Numbered from the stretch's first letter, positions 36,811 through 46,494 are shown. The stretch: DNA of 64,000 nucleotides from Oscillospiraceae bacterium (GCA_017408915.1 JAFQTS010000032.1:11507-75506), one strand, 5' to 3'. Numbers and translations are program-made. The notes: generated by a model from the letters alone, not told the origin.

Positions 36811-37600
36811 CTCCCAAAGCGTTACTGAAACGGAGAATTGCTTCCAATACGCCGCCGCCGATGGCTAACGCCTTGTCCGAGGCGGTTTGGCAATAGGAAA
36901 CATCGCCACGAGGATCGACATCACCGGATTTCATGCCCTTGTGAACCATCGTACCATCGGCGATGAGGCCACGGAGAACACCCGAAATCGTGCATTTCAT
37001 GGGCGCGTCGCCCACATAGCCCACCGTATCGCCCTCATTGACGAGATCACCAATAGAGGCCGCCGTACGGAAAGTGCCATCCGCAGGGGCGCGGAGCACC
37101 CGCTCTCCGGCAAAGCCGCCGATCAGACCGGGGATATTGGTGTTGGGGAGGGCGCTGCCCTCATAGATCACGCGGCCTAAGGTGTGACCTCGCATGGTCT
37201 CCACCACAGCGTGGCAATCTTCGCCCGCCGTGAATCCGGGGCCAACACCAATGACGATGGGGGCATCGGTGATTTTCGTGCCTAAGTTGCGCTTGGCAAG
37301 GATGGCATCCACCACCACATGGGGCTTTAGTTCCGCGCGGCAAGCACATTCCGGATCAGCGAGGACGGGAATTACGCCGTCATTGAGGAGTTTCCGCGCT
37401 TCAGCAGCGGACTCTGCACGCTTTGCAGCAACATTTTCTACCGTTGTTTCACCTTTGACGATGGCTTCAGAGAAGGAAACCGTGCGGCGGATGGAAGTAG
37501 GGTGAGAGAGGTCTGTCATCACCACGGAAAGGCCGCTGCGAAAGAGCCGTAAAGCGATTCCACTTGCCAGATCACCTGCACCTCGAATCAATATCAACAT
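36791..37600 (-). CDS. yqeB: Selenium-dependent molybdenum hydroxylase system protein YqeB
   Basis: RGAGDLASG, IRRTVSF, DAILAKRN, ETMRGH, GDVDPR and SDKA.AIGGGVLEA. Confidence 0.93.
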   Translation of the reverse strand: MLILIRGAGDLASGIALRLFRSGLSVVMTDLSHPTSIRRTVSFSEAIVKGETTVENVAAKRAESAAEARKLLNDGVIPVLADPECACRAELKPHVVVDAILAKRNLGTKITDAPIVIGVGPGFTAGEDCHAVVETMRGHTLGRVIYEGSALPNTNIPGLIGGFAGERVLRAPADGTFRTAASIGDLVNEGDTVGYVGDAPMKCTISGVLRGLIADGTMVHKGMKSGDVDPRGDVSYCQTASDKALAIGGGVLEAILRFSNALGGESLGK

Positions 37601-37612
37601 GGAGATTCCTCC

Positions 37613-37855
37613 TTATACATACAGCATGATCTCATGGATCCTGTCGATTTCCAGCACGGATTCTTCGATAGCGGCGCGGATGGCTGCCGTTTCCTCAACG
37701 GGAGCGCACCATGCAATGCCGCAGTCGGCGCTGAGCTGGCGAGGAGCAGAGATCAATTTGCCACCGATGCCGCGATGTTTGCAAATCTGCTCTAAGGCCA
37801 TAGCTTCGGCTGTGGTATGGAAGGTCACCACGGTACGCAGTTGTTGTTCTCTCAT
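37613..37855 (-). CDS. DUF3343 family protein (putative Se/S carrier)
   Basis: TFHTT..AM..E and PRQLSADCGIAW. Confidence 0.85.
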   Translation of the reverse strand: MREQQLRTVVTFHTTAEAMALEQICKHRGIGGKLISAPRQLSADCGIAWCAPVEETAAIRAAIEESVLEIDRIHEIMLYV

Positions 37856-38982
37856 AGGGCGATGCTCCTAACTGCTGCAATGGCAGCGTCTACATCTTCA
37901 ATCGTGTTGTAGTAACCGAAGCTGAAGCGGACAGCGCCCTGCTCCACGGTGCCGAGGGCGGTGTGGAGGCGGGGAGCACAATGTGCCCCAGCGCGGGTGG
38001 CGATGGAGAACTCGCCGCTTAAAATATCCGCCACCTCACCGGAGGGGATGTCGCCAATGTTCAGCGTTACAATTGGCGCACGATCACGGGTAAAATCACC
38101 GTAGATGGTCACACCTTCCAAATTGCGGACACCTTCATAAAACCGCTGCATCAACGACATTTCGTGGCTGTGAATAGTTTCAATGCCGACAGAGTTGATG
38201 AAGTCAAGAGCAGCACCGAGACCTGCGATGCCGTGTCCGTTTAGCGTGCCTGCCTCCAAGTGGGTAGGCATTTCAGCAGGCTGATGGGGGAGATAGGTCT
38301 GTACACCAGTGCCGCCGGACTTTAAGGGGCGAATCTCCACACCCTCGGCGACACACAGCCCACCTGTGCCCTGAGGGCCCATCAAGGACTTATGTCCCGT
38401 AAAGCAGAGAACATCAATACTCATGGCCACCATGTCGATGGGGAGCGCTCCTGCCGTTTGTGAGGCATCTACAATAAACAGCAAACCGTGCTCATGGGCG
38501 AATTTTCCAATCCAAGCAATATCCAATGTATCGCCTGTGAGGTTGGATGCATGGGTGCAGACGATGGCGCGGGTGTTGGGACGCAGCAGCTTTTCAAAAT
38601 CCTCGTAATGGATCTGTCCTTGCGTATCTGCGTGGATGAAATCCACCGCAACGCCCTGCTGCTGCAAGAGATAGAGAGGGCGCAGGACGGAATTATGCTC
38701 TAAGTCAGTAGAGATCACGTGATCGCCCGCAGTAAAAAGCCCTAAAATCGCCGTATTCAGCGCCTCAGTGGAGTTGGAAGTAAAGGCCACACGGGCAGGG
38801 GAAGGGGCGTTAAAAAGGGATGCCAAGGCGGCACGGGTATCATAAATCACGCGGGAGGCCGTGAGAGAAGTACCGTGAACACCGCGACCGCTGTTGCCAA
38901 GGTTGCCCATTGCATTTACCACGGCTTCAGCAACGCAAGGGGGCTTATAGACCGTCGTTGCCGCATTGTCCAAGTAGATCAT
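37852..38982 (-). CDS. Cysteine desulfurase / selenocysteine lyase family, class V PLP enzyme
   Basis: YLDNAATT, EHNSV, DASQ, TGHK and RAGAHCAP. Confidence 0.92.
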   Translation of the reverse strand: MIYLDNAATTVYKPPCVAEAVVNAMGNLGNSGRGVHGTSLTASRVIYDTRAALASLFNAPSPARVAFTSNSTEALNTAILGLFTAGDHVISTDLEHNSVLRPLYLLQQQGVAVDFIHADTQGQIHYEDFEKLLRPNTRAIVCTHASNLTGDTLDIAWIGKFAHEHGLLFIVDASQTAGALPIDMVAMSIDVLCFTGHKSLMGPQGTGGLCVAEGVEIRPLKSGGTGVQTYLPHQPAEMPTHLEAGTLNGHGIAGLGAALDFINSVGIETIHSHEMSLMQRFYEGVRNLEGVTIYGDFTRDRAPIVTLNIGDIPSGEVADILSGEFSIATRAGAHCAPRLHTALGTVEQGAVRFSFGYYNTIEDVDAAIAAVRSIAL

Positions 38983-39000
38983 TTTCTCACTTCCATTCCT

Positions 39001-39028
39001 ATCGTTATTCTTTTAAAAGTATTACGGT
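39001..39028. promoter_or_regulatory. ModE-type operator over the transcription start of the Se-cofactor operon
   Basis: ATCGTTAT-N12-ATTACGGT (28 bp), immediately downstream of the minus-strand promoter TTGACT(39058)-17-TATAAT(39035-39030). Confidence 0.7.
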
Positions 39029-39084
39029 AATTATAAAACTTCCCTAACAAAAAGTCAAGCGCCCAAACAAGTAAGAGAAAAAAA

Positions 39085-39118
39085 CAAAAGCCCCGATACC
39101 TTGCGGTATCGAGGCTTT
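39085..39118 (-). terminator. Terminator after tRNA-Arg
   Basis: AAAAGCCCCGATACC-ttgc-GGTATCGAGGCTTTT. Confidence 0.75.
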
Positions 39119-39195
39119 TGGCACGCCGTAAGAGATTCGAACTCCTGACCTTCTGGTCCGTAGCCAGACGCTCTATCCAGCTGAGCTAACGGCGC
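39119..39195 (-). tRNA. tRNA-Arg (ACG)
   Basis: Reverse complement GCGCCGTTAGCTCAGCTGGATAGAGCG-TCTGG-CTACGGA-CCAGA-AGGTC-AGGAGTTCGAATCTCT-TACGGCGTGCCA. Confidence 0.97.
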
Positions 39196-39346
39196 TTGTC
39201 TTCAAGCGACTTGCATATAGTACCACACTTTTTTCCAAAATGCAAGAGGTATTTTCAAAATATTTCTTCTTTTTTTTGCCTTGTCAACAGGTGCCTTTTG
39301 TGGTATCGTAGTAACATAGAGAAATATGCGCGGGAGGGTATGGAAT

Positions 39347-39919
39347 ATGACCACCAATTTTAAGACCTGCATGTTCGGCGGCTTCGACCGAGAGGATGTT
39401 ATCAAGTTCATTGAGCAGTTTTCCAAGGAGTCTCAGGAGAAGATCGCTGCGCTGGAGCAGGAGAACGCTTCTCTGAAATCCGGCAATGAGCAGATGGAGT
39501 CTGCACTTCGCACCCTGCACGCACAAGTGAAGGAGCAGCAGGCGGAAACTTCCCTTGCAGAGGAGCTGCGTCGTCAGATCGCTGCGCTGACCGAGCGGGC
39601 AGAATCTTTGCAGAATGAGCGTGATGCGCTGAAGGCTAATGCCGATGAGTATGCCTATCTCAAGGAGCATATTGCTGAGATCGAGATCAATGCCCACCGC
39701 CGCAGCGAGGAGTTCCGCGCCGAGGCTATGGCACAGCTGCGTAAGTGCGTGGCACAGCAGCGTGCATGGTGTCAGGAGCAGCGCCGTCAGCTGGCAGCGA
39801 TGCACGAGGATGCTCTGGTGAAGCTCCGCAGCGCTGAGCAGTCTGTCATCGATGCTGACTATGCCGGCTTTGACGAGATGCTGGATTCCCTGCAGGCCAT
39901 CGAGGACACCCTTCAGTAA
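39347..39919 (+). CDS. DivIVA-like coiled-coil protein
   Basis: N-terminal FKTCMFGGFDREDV..FI resembles the DivIVA domain; followed by a long heptad-rich helix. Confidence 0.7.
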   Translation: MTTNFKTCMFGGFDREDVIKFIEQFSKESQEKIAALEQENASLKSGNEQMESALRTLHAQVKEQQAETSLAEELRRQIAALTERAESLQNERDALKANADEYAYLKEHIAEIEINAHRRSEEFRAEAMAQLRKCVAQQRAWCQEQRRQLAAMHEDALVKLRSAEQSVIDADYAGFDEMLDSLQAIEDTLQ

Positions 39920-39932
39920 AATTTAGATAAGC

Positions 39933-39963
39933 AAAGCCCTGTAGCTTCAGCTACAGGGCTTTT
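39933..39963. terminator. Bidirectional terminator
   Basis: AAAGCCCTGTAGCT-tc-AGCTACAGGGCTTTT. Confidence 0.8.
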
Positions 39964-39979
39964 GTCATGTATTTTTGCT

Positions 39980-40990
39980 TTACAGGAGCATGATACCGTT
40001 CTCGGCACAAATGCGCTCAGTACCCTCGTCCCAAAGGCTTGCCTGCACCTCACCGATGTGGCAAGTACCGATCATGATCATGCACAGACGGGACTGACCG
40101 ATACCGCCGCCGATGGTGAGGGGCAGCTCACCGTTGAGGAGCATCTTATGGAAGGGGAGCTCGCGGCGATCATTGCAGCCGCGCTTGTTCAGCTGATAGT
40201 CCATGGCGGCCTCGTCCACGCGGATACCCATGGAGGAGATCTCAAAGCTGCGATCCAGCAGCTCGTTATACAGCAAGATATCGCCGTTCAAAGACCAGTC
40301 GTCATAGTCGGGAGCGCGACCGTCGTGGGGCTTGCCGCTGCCCTTGAGGTTGTCGCCGATCTGCATGAGGAAAACGGTGTGATGCTCACGGCAGATGGCA
40401 TCCTCGCGCTGCTTGGGGGTATAATCGGGCCAGCGATCCTCCAACTCCTGGGTGGTGACGAAGTAGACGTCGCGATCCAGCTTGGTATGGAGGCTGGGGA
40501 AGGCGATCTGCAGTGCCTCATTGGTCTCTACCACAGCGCCCACAATGGCGCGGACGGTCTGACGGAGATAGGACTCGGTGCGATCCTCGCGGTCAATGAC
40601 CTTCTCCCAGTCCCACTGGTCAACGTAGATGGAGTGGAGGTTATCCACCTCTTCATCGCGGCGAATGGCGTTCATGTCGGTGAACAGACCCTTGCCAACG
40701 TTGAACTCGTAGCGCTTGAGGGCAAGACGCTTCCACTTAGCCAGAGAATGCACCACCTGTGCCACGCTGCCCACATCGGGAATATCGAAGGCCACGGGAC
40801 GCTCAAAACCATTCAGGTTATCGTTAAGGCCCGACTTATCATCAACGAACAGGGGAGCGGAGACACGGCGCAGATTCAGCGCCTGACCCAAATTCACCTG
40901 GAAATTGCTCTTGATAAACTCGATGGCCCGCTGCATCTCATAGACAGACAGGGGCGTTTTGTAACCCTCGGGAATGATAACTTTGCCCAT
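39980..40990 (-). CDS. asnA: Aspartate--ammonia ligase
   Basis: VHSLAKWKR, HSIYVDQWDWE, RAPDYDDW and TIGGGIGQSR. Confidence 0.97.
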   Translation of the reverse strand: MGKVIIPEGYKTPLSVYEMQRAIEFIKSNFQVNLGQALNLRRVSAPLFVDDKSGLNDNLNGFERPVAFDIPDVGSVAQVVHSLAKWKRLALKRYEFNVGKGLFTDMNAIRRDEEVDNLHSIYVDQWDWEKVIDREDRTESYLRQTVRAIVGAVVETNEALQIAFPSLHTKLDRDVYFVTTQELEDRWPDYTPKQREDAICREHHTVFLMQIGDNLKGSGKPHDGRAPDYDDWSLNGDILLYNELLDRSFEISSMGIRVDEAAMDYQLNKRGCNDRRELPFHKMLLNGELPLTIGGGIGQSRLCMIMIGTCHIGEVQASLWDEGTERICAENGIMLL

Positions 40991-41149
40991 AACGAACACC
41001 TCACTTAAAAATATAATCCAATACATTATACTGAATGATTGGTTTCTTGACAAGAGGGAATTTCTATATCTTCACGGGGACAAAACAACTATTGCTATTC
41101 AATGAGATTCCGCTATAATGAAAACACGGATTTTCCATGAGGTGAGAGA

Positions 41150-41689
41150 ATGAATGTCTATGATTTTGTTGTAAAGGCGCAGGATGGCAGCGAGGTGGCC
41201 TTAGAAGCGTATAAAGGTAAGCTGCTTTTGATCGTCAATACTGCCACTGGCTGCGGTTTTACGCCCCAATATGATGAACTGCAGGAACTGTATAGATCTT
41301 ATAAAGATAGAGGGTTGGAGATTCTTGATTTTCCTTGCAATCAGTTCGGCGGACAGGCACCCGGAAACGATGCGGAGATCTATTCTTTCTGCACGGGGAA
41401 ATATGGCATCACCTTCCCGCAGTTTTCAAAAGTAGATGTCAATGGCGAGAATGCCATCCCGCTGTTTCAATGGCTTACCGCCAACACCAGATTCGAAGGC
41501 TTTGGTGCATCACCTTTGGGTGTAAAGCTTTCCGACACGGTTAAAAAGATAGATAAAGACTATCAAAAGAACGGCAATATCAAATGGAACTTTACGAAAT
41601 TTTTGATTAGCCGTGATGGTGAAATCGTGGCGCGATTTGAGCCTACGGAGATGCGGAAGCTGCGGGAGAAAATTGAAGCGATTCTGTAA
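41150..41689 (+). CDS. Glutathione peroxidase family protein (Cys type)
   Basis: NTATGCGFTPQY, FPCNQF and WNFTKFL. Confidence 0.95.
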   Translation: MNVYDFVVKAQDGSEVALEAYKGKLLLIVNTATGCGFTPQYDELQELYRSYKDRGLEILDFPCNQFGGQAPGNDAEIYSFCTGKYGITFPQFSKVDVNGENAIPLFQWLTANTRFEGFGASPLGVKLSDTVKKIDKDYQKNGNIKWNFTKFLISRDGEIVARFEPTEMRKLREKIEAIL

Positions 41690-41702
41690 TCTAATGACTA
41701 AG

Positions 41703-41736
41703 AAACACCGGAAGGGGAGAACCCTTCCGGTGTTTT
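41703..41736. terminator. Bidirectional terminator
   Basis: AAACACCGGAAGGG-gagaa-CCCTTCCGGTGTTTT. Confidence 0.8.
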
Positions 41737-41758
41737 GCTATGTACTTGGTTTGATCGC

Positions 41759-42949
41759 TTACTTGTAGGACTCGATCATGGCCTTGAAGGCGGGCAGAGA
41801 ACGACGGATCATGTCGTTAGCCACGCAGTAGCTGCAGCGGAAGAAGCCGGGGCAGCCAAAACCGTCAGCGGGGACAACCAGCAGGTTGTGCTCCAGCTTG
41901 GCCTTCTCGGAGAAGGCGTTGGCGTCGCCGTTGGGAGCCTTCACGAACAGATAGAAAGCACCATCGGGCTTAGCGCACTCGTAACCCATCTCAATGAGGC
42001 TGTTGTACAGCAGCTCGCGGTTCTCATCATAAGCCACCAGGTCAGGACGCTCGGTAGCGCAATACTCGATGACCTTCTGCATCAGCGTGGGGGGGCAGAC
42101 GTGACCCATGATACGGGCAGCACCGGCGATAGCGGCAAAGACAGCAGCACTATCCTCAGCGAAGCCGGGGACATAGACGTAGCCGATACGCTCACCGGGC
42201 AGGGACAGGGACTTGGAGTAAGAATAGCAGACGATGGTATTCTTGTAGATGCAGGGGATGAAGGGAACGGTCACGCCGCCGTAGACCAGCTCACGATAGG
42301 GCTCGTCGGCGATGATGTAGATGGGATGACCATACTCGGCGCTCTTACGCTCCAGCAGGGCAGCCAGACCCTTCAGAGTCTCCTCGGTGTACACAACGCC
42401 GGAGGGGTTGTTGGGGGAGTTGACGATGATGGCCTGGGTGTTGGGAGTGATCAGAGCCTCGACAGCGTCCAGCTTGATCTGGAAAGCCTCAGTGTCGGGG
42501 GGAACCATCACGAACTTGGCACCGTTGGCGATGACGAAGGGACGATACTCGGGGAAGAAGGGAGCGATGGCCATGATCTCGCTGTCGGAGTTAACCGTCA
42601 GAGCCTTGATGATGGAGATCAGAGCGGGAGCAGCACCGCAGGTGAAGAACAGCTCGGAGGGCTTGACTTCCAGACCGAAGCGGGCAGCCAGATCATCGGC
42701 AACGGCCTTACGGGCAGGCTCAAAGCCGGGAGCCATGGAGTAGCCGTGCAGTGCGATGGAATCAACATTATTCACGATGTCCACGATGGACTCGTTGACC
42801 TTCTTGGGGGCGGGGATGCTTGGGTTACCGAGGGAGTAATCATAGACCTTGTCAGCGCCCAGCTTAGCAGTCTGCTCCAGACCGTAAGCAAACAGTGCGC
42901 GAATGACGGAAGGGGCCGTGCCCAGATTGTAATATTCCTGATTGACCAT
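41759..42949 (-). CDS. PLP-dependent aminotransferase class I/II (aspartate aminotransferase-like)
   Basis: NSPNNPSG, DEPY and SYSKSLSLPGERIG. Confidence 0.93.
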   Translation of the reverse strand: MVNQEYYNLGTAPSVIRALFAYGLEQTAKLGADKVYDYSLGNPSIPAPKKVNESIVDIVNNVDSIALHGYSMAPGFEPARKAVADDLAARFGLEVKPSELFFTCGAAPALISIIKALTVNSDSEIMAIAPFFPEYRPFVIANGAKFVMVPPDTEAFQIKLDAVEALITPNTQAIIVNSPNNPSGVVYTEETLKGLAALLERKSAEYGHPIYIIADEPYRELVYGGVTVPFIPCIYKNTIVCYSYSKSLSLPGERIGYVYVPGFAEDSAAVFAAIAGAARIMGHVCPPTLMQKVIEYCATERPDLVAYDENRELLYNSLIEMGYECAKPDGAFYLFVKAPNGDANAFSEKAKLEHNLLVVPADGFGCPGFFRCSYCVANDMIRRSLPAFKAMIESYK

Positions 42950-43105
42950 AATACTTGCTCCTCATTCTCTCATATTTTAAATATTTTATGATGTATCACG
43001 CGACACATCGGACTTATGTGTTCACTATACTTCTATCGCAAAACTTTGTCAATAGTTTATCAAAGATTCTGCGAAATTATAGAAAATTTTACGCAAATGA
43101 AACGA

Positions 43106-44017
43106 TTAGTCCAGCTTCATGCGGGCGGAAAGGACGCTGCCCAGTGCGATGGAGGCCAGCTTGGAGTCGGCGGAGTCGGCACGGGAAACGAGGACGATAG
43201 GCACCTTTGCGCCGAGGATGATGCCTGCGTTGCGGGCGTTGGCGAACATGGTGAGGGCCTTGCCGATGCCGTTACCAACCTCGTAGTTGGGCACCATGAG
43301 AATGTCGGCTTCGCCTGCGCCGGGGGCATGGAAGCCCTTGTGATGGCAGGCCTCCTTGCTGACGGCAAGGTCGAGGGCAACGGGGCCGATGACATTCATG
43401 TTGTACTTCTGCCAACGATCCATCTTGCTGAGCTCATCAGCCTCAACGGTGGACTGGATCTTGGGGTTGACCTGCTCAGCACCGCAGATGCAGGAGGCGT
43501 TGATGGACTCATAGCCCAATGCCTGCAGCACCATAGCGGCATTTTCAAGGATCTCCACCTTCTTGTCAAAATCAGGGAAGGTATTGACGCCGCCGTCGGT
43601 CAGCACCAGCATTTTCTCATAAGCGGGGGTTTCGTAGATCATGCAGTGGGTGGTGAGGTGGCTGGTACGGAGACCGCACTCCTTGTTGAACACGGCGCGC
43701 ATGAGATCGGCAGTGCCGAGGATGCCCTTCATCAGGAAGTTGGCCTTACCCTCAGCGCACAGTGCCACGGCCTTGGCGGCGCAATCGGCATCGGTATCGC
43801 CGGCGATGATCTCGTAATCGGCAGGATTCTCGCCCTCGTCACGGAGCATGGCCTCGATCTTATCAACGTGACCCACCAGCAGGGGAGTGGCAATGCCCTC
43901 CTTGCGAGCGGCCACAACGGCCTCGATGACAGGCTGATCGTGGGCAGCAGCCACGGCGATCACGCCGGTAGTACCACCCTTAGCGGCTTCCAGAATGCCG
44001 TTAATGCTGTTGATCAT
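43106..44017 (-). CDS. ptb: Phosphate butyryltransferase
   Basis: AVAAAHD, LMKG, TDGG.N..P, GPVALDLA, GNGIGK and LVSRAD. Confidence 0.88.
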   Translation of the reverse strand: MINSINGILEAAKGGTTGVIAVAAAHDQPVIEAVVAARKEGIATPLLVGHVDKIEAMLRDEGENPADYEIIAGDTDADCAAKAVALCAEGKANFLMKGILGTADLMRAVFNKECGLRTSHLTTHCMIYETPAYEKMLVLTDGGVNTFPDFDKKVEILENAAMVLQALGYESINASCICGAEQVNPKIQSTVEADELSKMDRWQKYNMNVIGPVALDLAVSKEACHHKGFHAPGAGEADILMVPNYEVGNGIGKALTMFANARNAGIILGAKVPIVLVSRADSADSKLASIALGSVLSARMKLD

Positions 44018-44237
44018 ATACGTTTCCTCCTATTTCTGTGTAGTATTTTACTATAATTTTGTTCTTGTTGTTCATTATACAATGGTGTACGATGACCGTC
44101 AATGTAAAAACCGAATAATTCGGTGAAATTCTTTTTGTGCAATATGGCGAGGGAGAGAAAGTAGTTGAATAAACGCCGCTCTTATGGTATCATATTAGGC
44201 TGAATACAAGGACTTTTAGATAGAAATGAGTAGACGT

Positions 44238-45263
44238 ATGAAGACACAGGATTTTTATTTCGACCTGCCGCAGGAACTGATCGCCCAAACCCCTATAGAG
44301 CAGCGTGATGCCTCGCGCTTACTGGTGCTGCCAAAAGAGGAAGGGCCACTTTCCCATCGGCATTTTTATGATCTGACAGAGTATCTCAGAGAAGGGGATT
44401 GCCTCATTCTCAACGACTCCCGCGTGCTGCCTGCACGTTTGCTGGGGCAGCGTTTGCCCGGTGGCGGTGCTTGTGAGGTGCTGCTGTTGATCGATCGCGG
44501 CGAGAAGGTGTGGGAATGCCTTGTGCGCCCCGGTAAGCGCCTGAAAAAAGGTGCGAAGGTATCCTTTGGTGATGGTGTGCTGACGGGCGAGATTGTGGAC
44601 GAGCTGCCCGATGGCAACCGTCTTGTCCGCTTTGATTATGAGGGCATTTTCCTTGAGGTGTTGGATAAGCTGGGCAAGATGCCCCTGCCGCCCTACATCA
44701 AGGCGGAGCTGCAGGATCGTGAGCGGTATCAGACGGTGTATTCCCGCGTGGTAGGCAGCGCCGCTGCTCCTACAGCTGGCCTCCACTTCACGCCGGAGCT
44801 GCTGGAGAAGGTGCAGGCTATGGGCGTGAACCTCGGTTATGTGACCCTCCACGTTGGCTTGGGTACGTTCCGCCCTGTGAAGGAGGAGAATATCCTCGAC
44901 CACGATATGCACAGCGAGTACTGCGTGATCCCGCCCGAGACGGCTGAACTTATTAATCGTACCAAGGCAAATGGCGGTCGCGTCATCTGTGTAGGCACCA
45001 CCTCCTGCCGCACCGTGGAATCGTGGGCAGGGGAGGATGGACACATGGAACCTGCCGCCGGTTGGACGAAGATCTTTATCTATCCCGGTTATCGCTTTAA
45101 GGTGCTGGATGGTTTGATCACCAACTTCCATCTGCCGGAGTCCACGCTGCTGATGCTGGTTTCTGCCTTGGCAGGTCGTGAGCGGATTTTGGAGGCCTAT
45201 AAAGAAGCGGTGGAAGAGAAGTATCGTTTCTTCTCCTTCGGCGATGCCATGCTGATTATGTAA
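44238..45263 (+). CDS. queA: SAM:tRNA ribosyltransferase-isomerase
   Basis: [29 protein letters not shown] and FFSFGDAM. Confidence 0.97.
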   Translation: MKTQDFYFDLPQELIAQTPIEQRDASRLLVLPKEEGPLSHRHFYDLTEYLREGDCLILNDSRVLPARLLGQRLPGGGACEVLLLIDRGEKVWECLVRPGKRLKKGAKVSFGDGVLTGEIVDELPDGNRLVRFDYEGIFLEVLDKLGKMPLPPYIKAELQDRERYQTVYSRVVGSAAAPTAGLHFTPELLEKVQAMGVNLGYVTLHVGLGTFRPVKEENILDHDMHSEYCVIPPETAELINRTKANGGRVICVGTTSCRTVESWAGEDGHMEPAAGWTKIFIYPGYRFKVLDGLITNFHLPESTLLMLVSALAGRERILEAYKEAVEEKYRFFSFGDAMLIM

Positions 45264-45277
45264 GCGAGGTGACGGAT

Positions 45278-46414
45278 ATGTTTAAAGTCATCAAAAAAGA
45301 GGGGAAAGCCCGTCGCGGCGTGTTTAAGTGCGCTCACGGCGGGGAAGTGCAGACCCCTGTATTTATGAATGTGGGCACACAGGCTGCCATTAAGGGCGGC
45401 GTAGATGCCTTTGATTTGAAGGAACAGCTGGGCTGTCAGATCGAACTGAGCAACACCTATCATCTCCATCTCCGTCCCGGTGACGATGTGGTGCGGGAGA
45501 TGGGCGGCCTCCATAAGTTCATGAACTGGGATGGCCCGATCCTTACCGACAGCGGCGGATTTCAGGTGTTTTCCCTGTCCGGCCTTCGTAAAATCAATGA
45601 AGAGGGCGTGACTTTCGCCTCTCACCTTGATGGACACCGTATTTTTATGGGGCCCGAGGAGAGTATGCAGATCCAGTCCAATCTGGGCAGTGATATTGCC
45701 ATGGCCTTCGATGAATGCGTGGAGAATCCCGCTACTTATCAGTATGCCAAGGCATCCTGTGAGCGCACCCTGCGGTGGTTGGAGCGGTGCAAGAAGGAGC
45801 ATGACCGGCTTAACGCCCTGCCCGACACAGTGAATCCCCAGCAGATGCTCTTTGGTATCAATCAAGGCGCTACTTTCCCCGATCTTCGCGTGTGGCACAT
45901 GAAGGAAACGGCGAAAATCGAGTGTGACGGCTACGCCATCGGCGGCTTGGCAGTGGGCGAGCCTACCGAGGTGATGTATGAGATCATCGATGCGGTCGAG
46001 CCTCATATGCCCGAGGATAAGCCTCGCTACCTCATGGGTGTGGGTACACCCAGCAATATTATTGAGGGTGTGGCCCGCGGCATAGATTTCTTTGATTGCG
46101 TGATGCCTGCACGCAACGCCCGCCACGGTAAGCTTTTCACTTGGAAGGGAACCATGAACATCAAGAACGCCAAGTATAAGCTGGATGACCAACCTATTGA
46201 CCCCGAGTGTGATTGCCCTGTGTGCCGCCGCTTCAGCCGCAGCTATGTGCGCCATCTCTTCACGGCGCAGGAGATGCTGGGTATGCGCTTGGCGGTCATG
46301 CATAACCTCTATTTCTACAACAAGCTGACCGAGCGTATTCGCGAGGCGCTGGATAAGGGCGAGTTTGAAGCGTTCCGTGCGCAGTATAGTGAGCTGCTGT
46401 CGCAGAAAGTGTAA
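45278..46414 (+). CDS. tgt: tRNA-guanine transglycosylase
   Basis: NTYHL, TDSGGFQV, GGLAVGE, DCVMP and CDC..C zinc site. Confidence 0.97.
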   Translation: MFKVIKKEGKARRGVFKCAHGGEVQTPVFMNVGTQAAIKGGVDAFDLKEQLGCQIELSNTYHLHLRPGDDVVREMGGLHKFMNWDGPILTDSGGFQVFSLSGLRKINEEGVTFASHLDGHRIFMGPEESMQIQSNLGSDIAMAFDECVENPATYQYAKASCERTLRWLERCKKEHDRLNALPDTVNPQQMLFGINQGATFPDLRVWHMKETAKIECDGYAIGGLAVGEPTEVMYEIIDAVEPHMPEDKPRYLMGVGTPSNIIEGVARGIDFFDCVMPARNARHGKLFTWKGTMNIKNAKYKLDDQPIDPECDCPVCRRFSRSYVRHLFTAQEMLGMRLAVMHNLYFYNKLTERIREALDKGEFEAFRAQYSELLSQKV

Positions 46415-46494
46415 AATTATTGGAAATGGACTTGCCAAAGGCGAAAGAGTTCTGTATAATAAATTGGTAATTTTAAAAAAGGAGTATCAATCCC

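Noticed and set aside
33461-39195. Se operon as an island integrated at tRNA-Arg
   Set aside because: No integrase is present, and the only match to the tRNA 3' region is an 8-bp CGTAAGAG overlapping a terminator stem, too short to call an att site
19893-41689. Possible selenocysteine (TGA) recoding in selD, xdh genes, carriers or the peroxidase
   Set aside because: All catalytic positions checked are Cys codons, the ORFs are full length, and TGA stops fall at expected C-termini
43074-43088. CodY-like boxes (AAATTATAGAAAATT here; GATTTTCAGAAAAAC at 63304)
   Set aside because: Each has three mismatches to AATTTTCWGAAAATT in AT-rich DNA, so they are not distinguishable from chance
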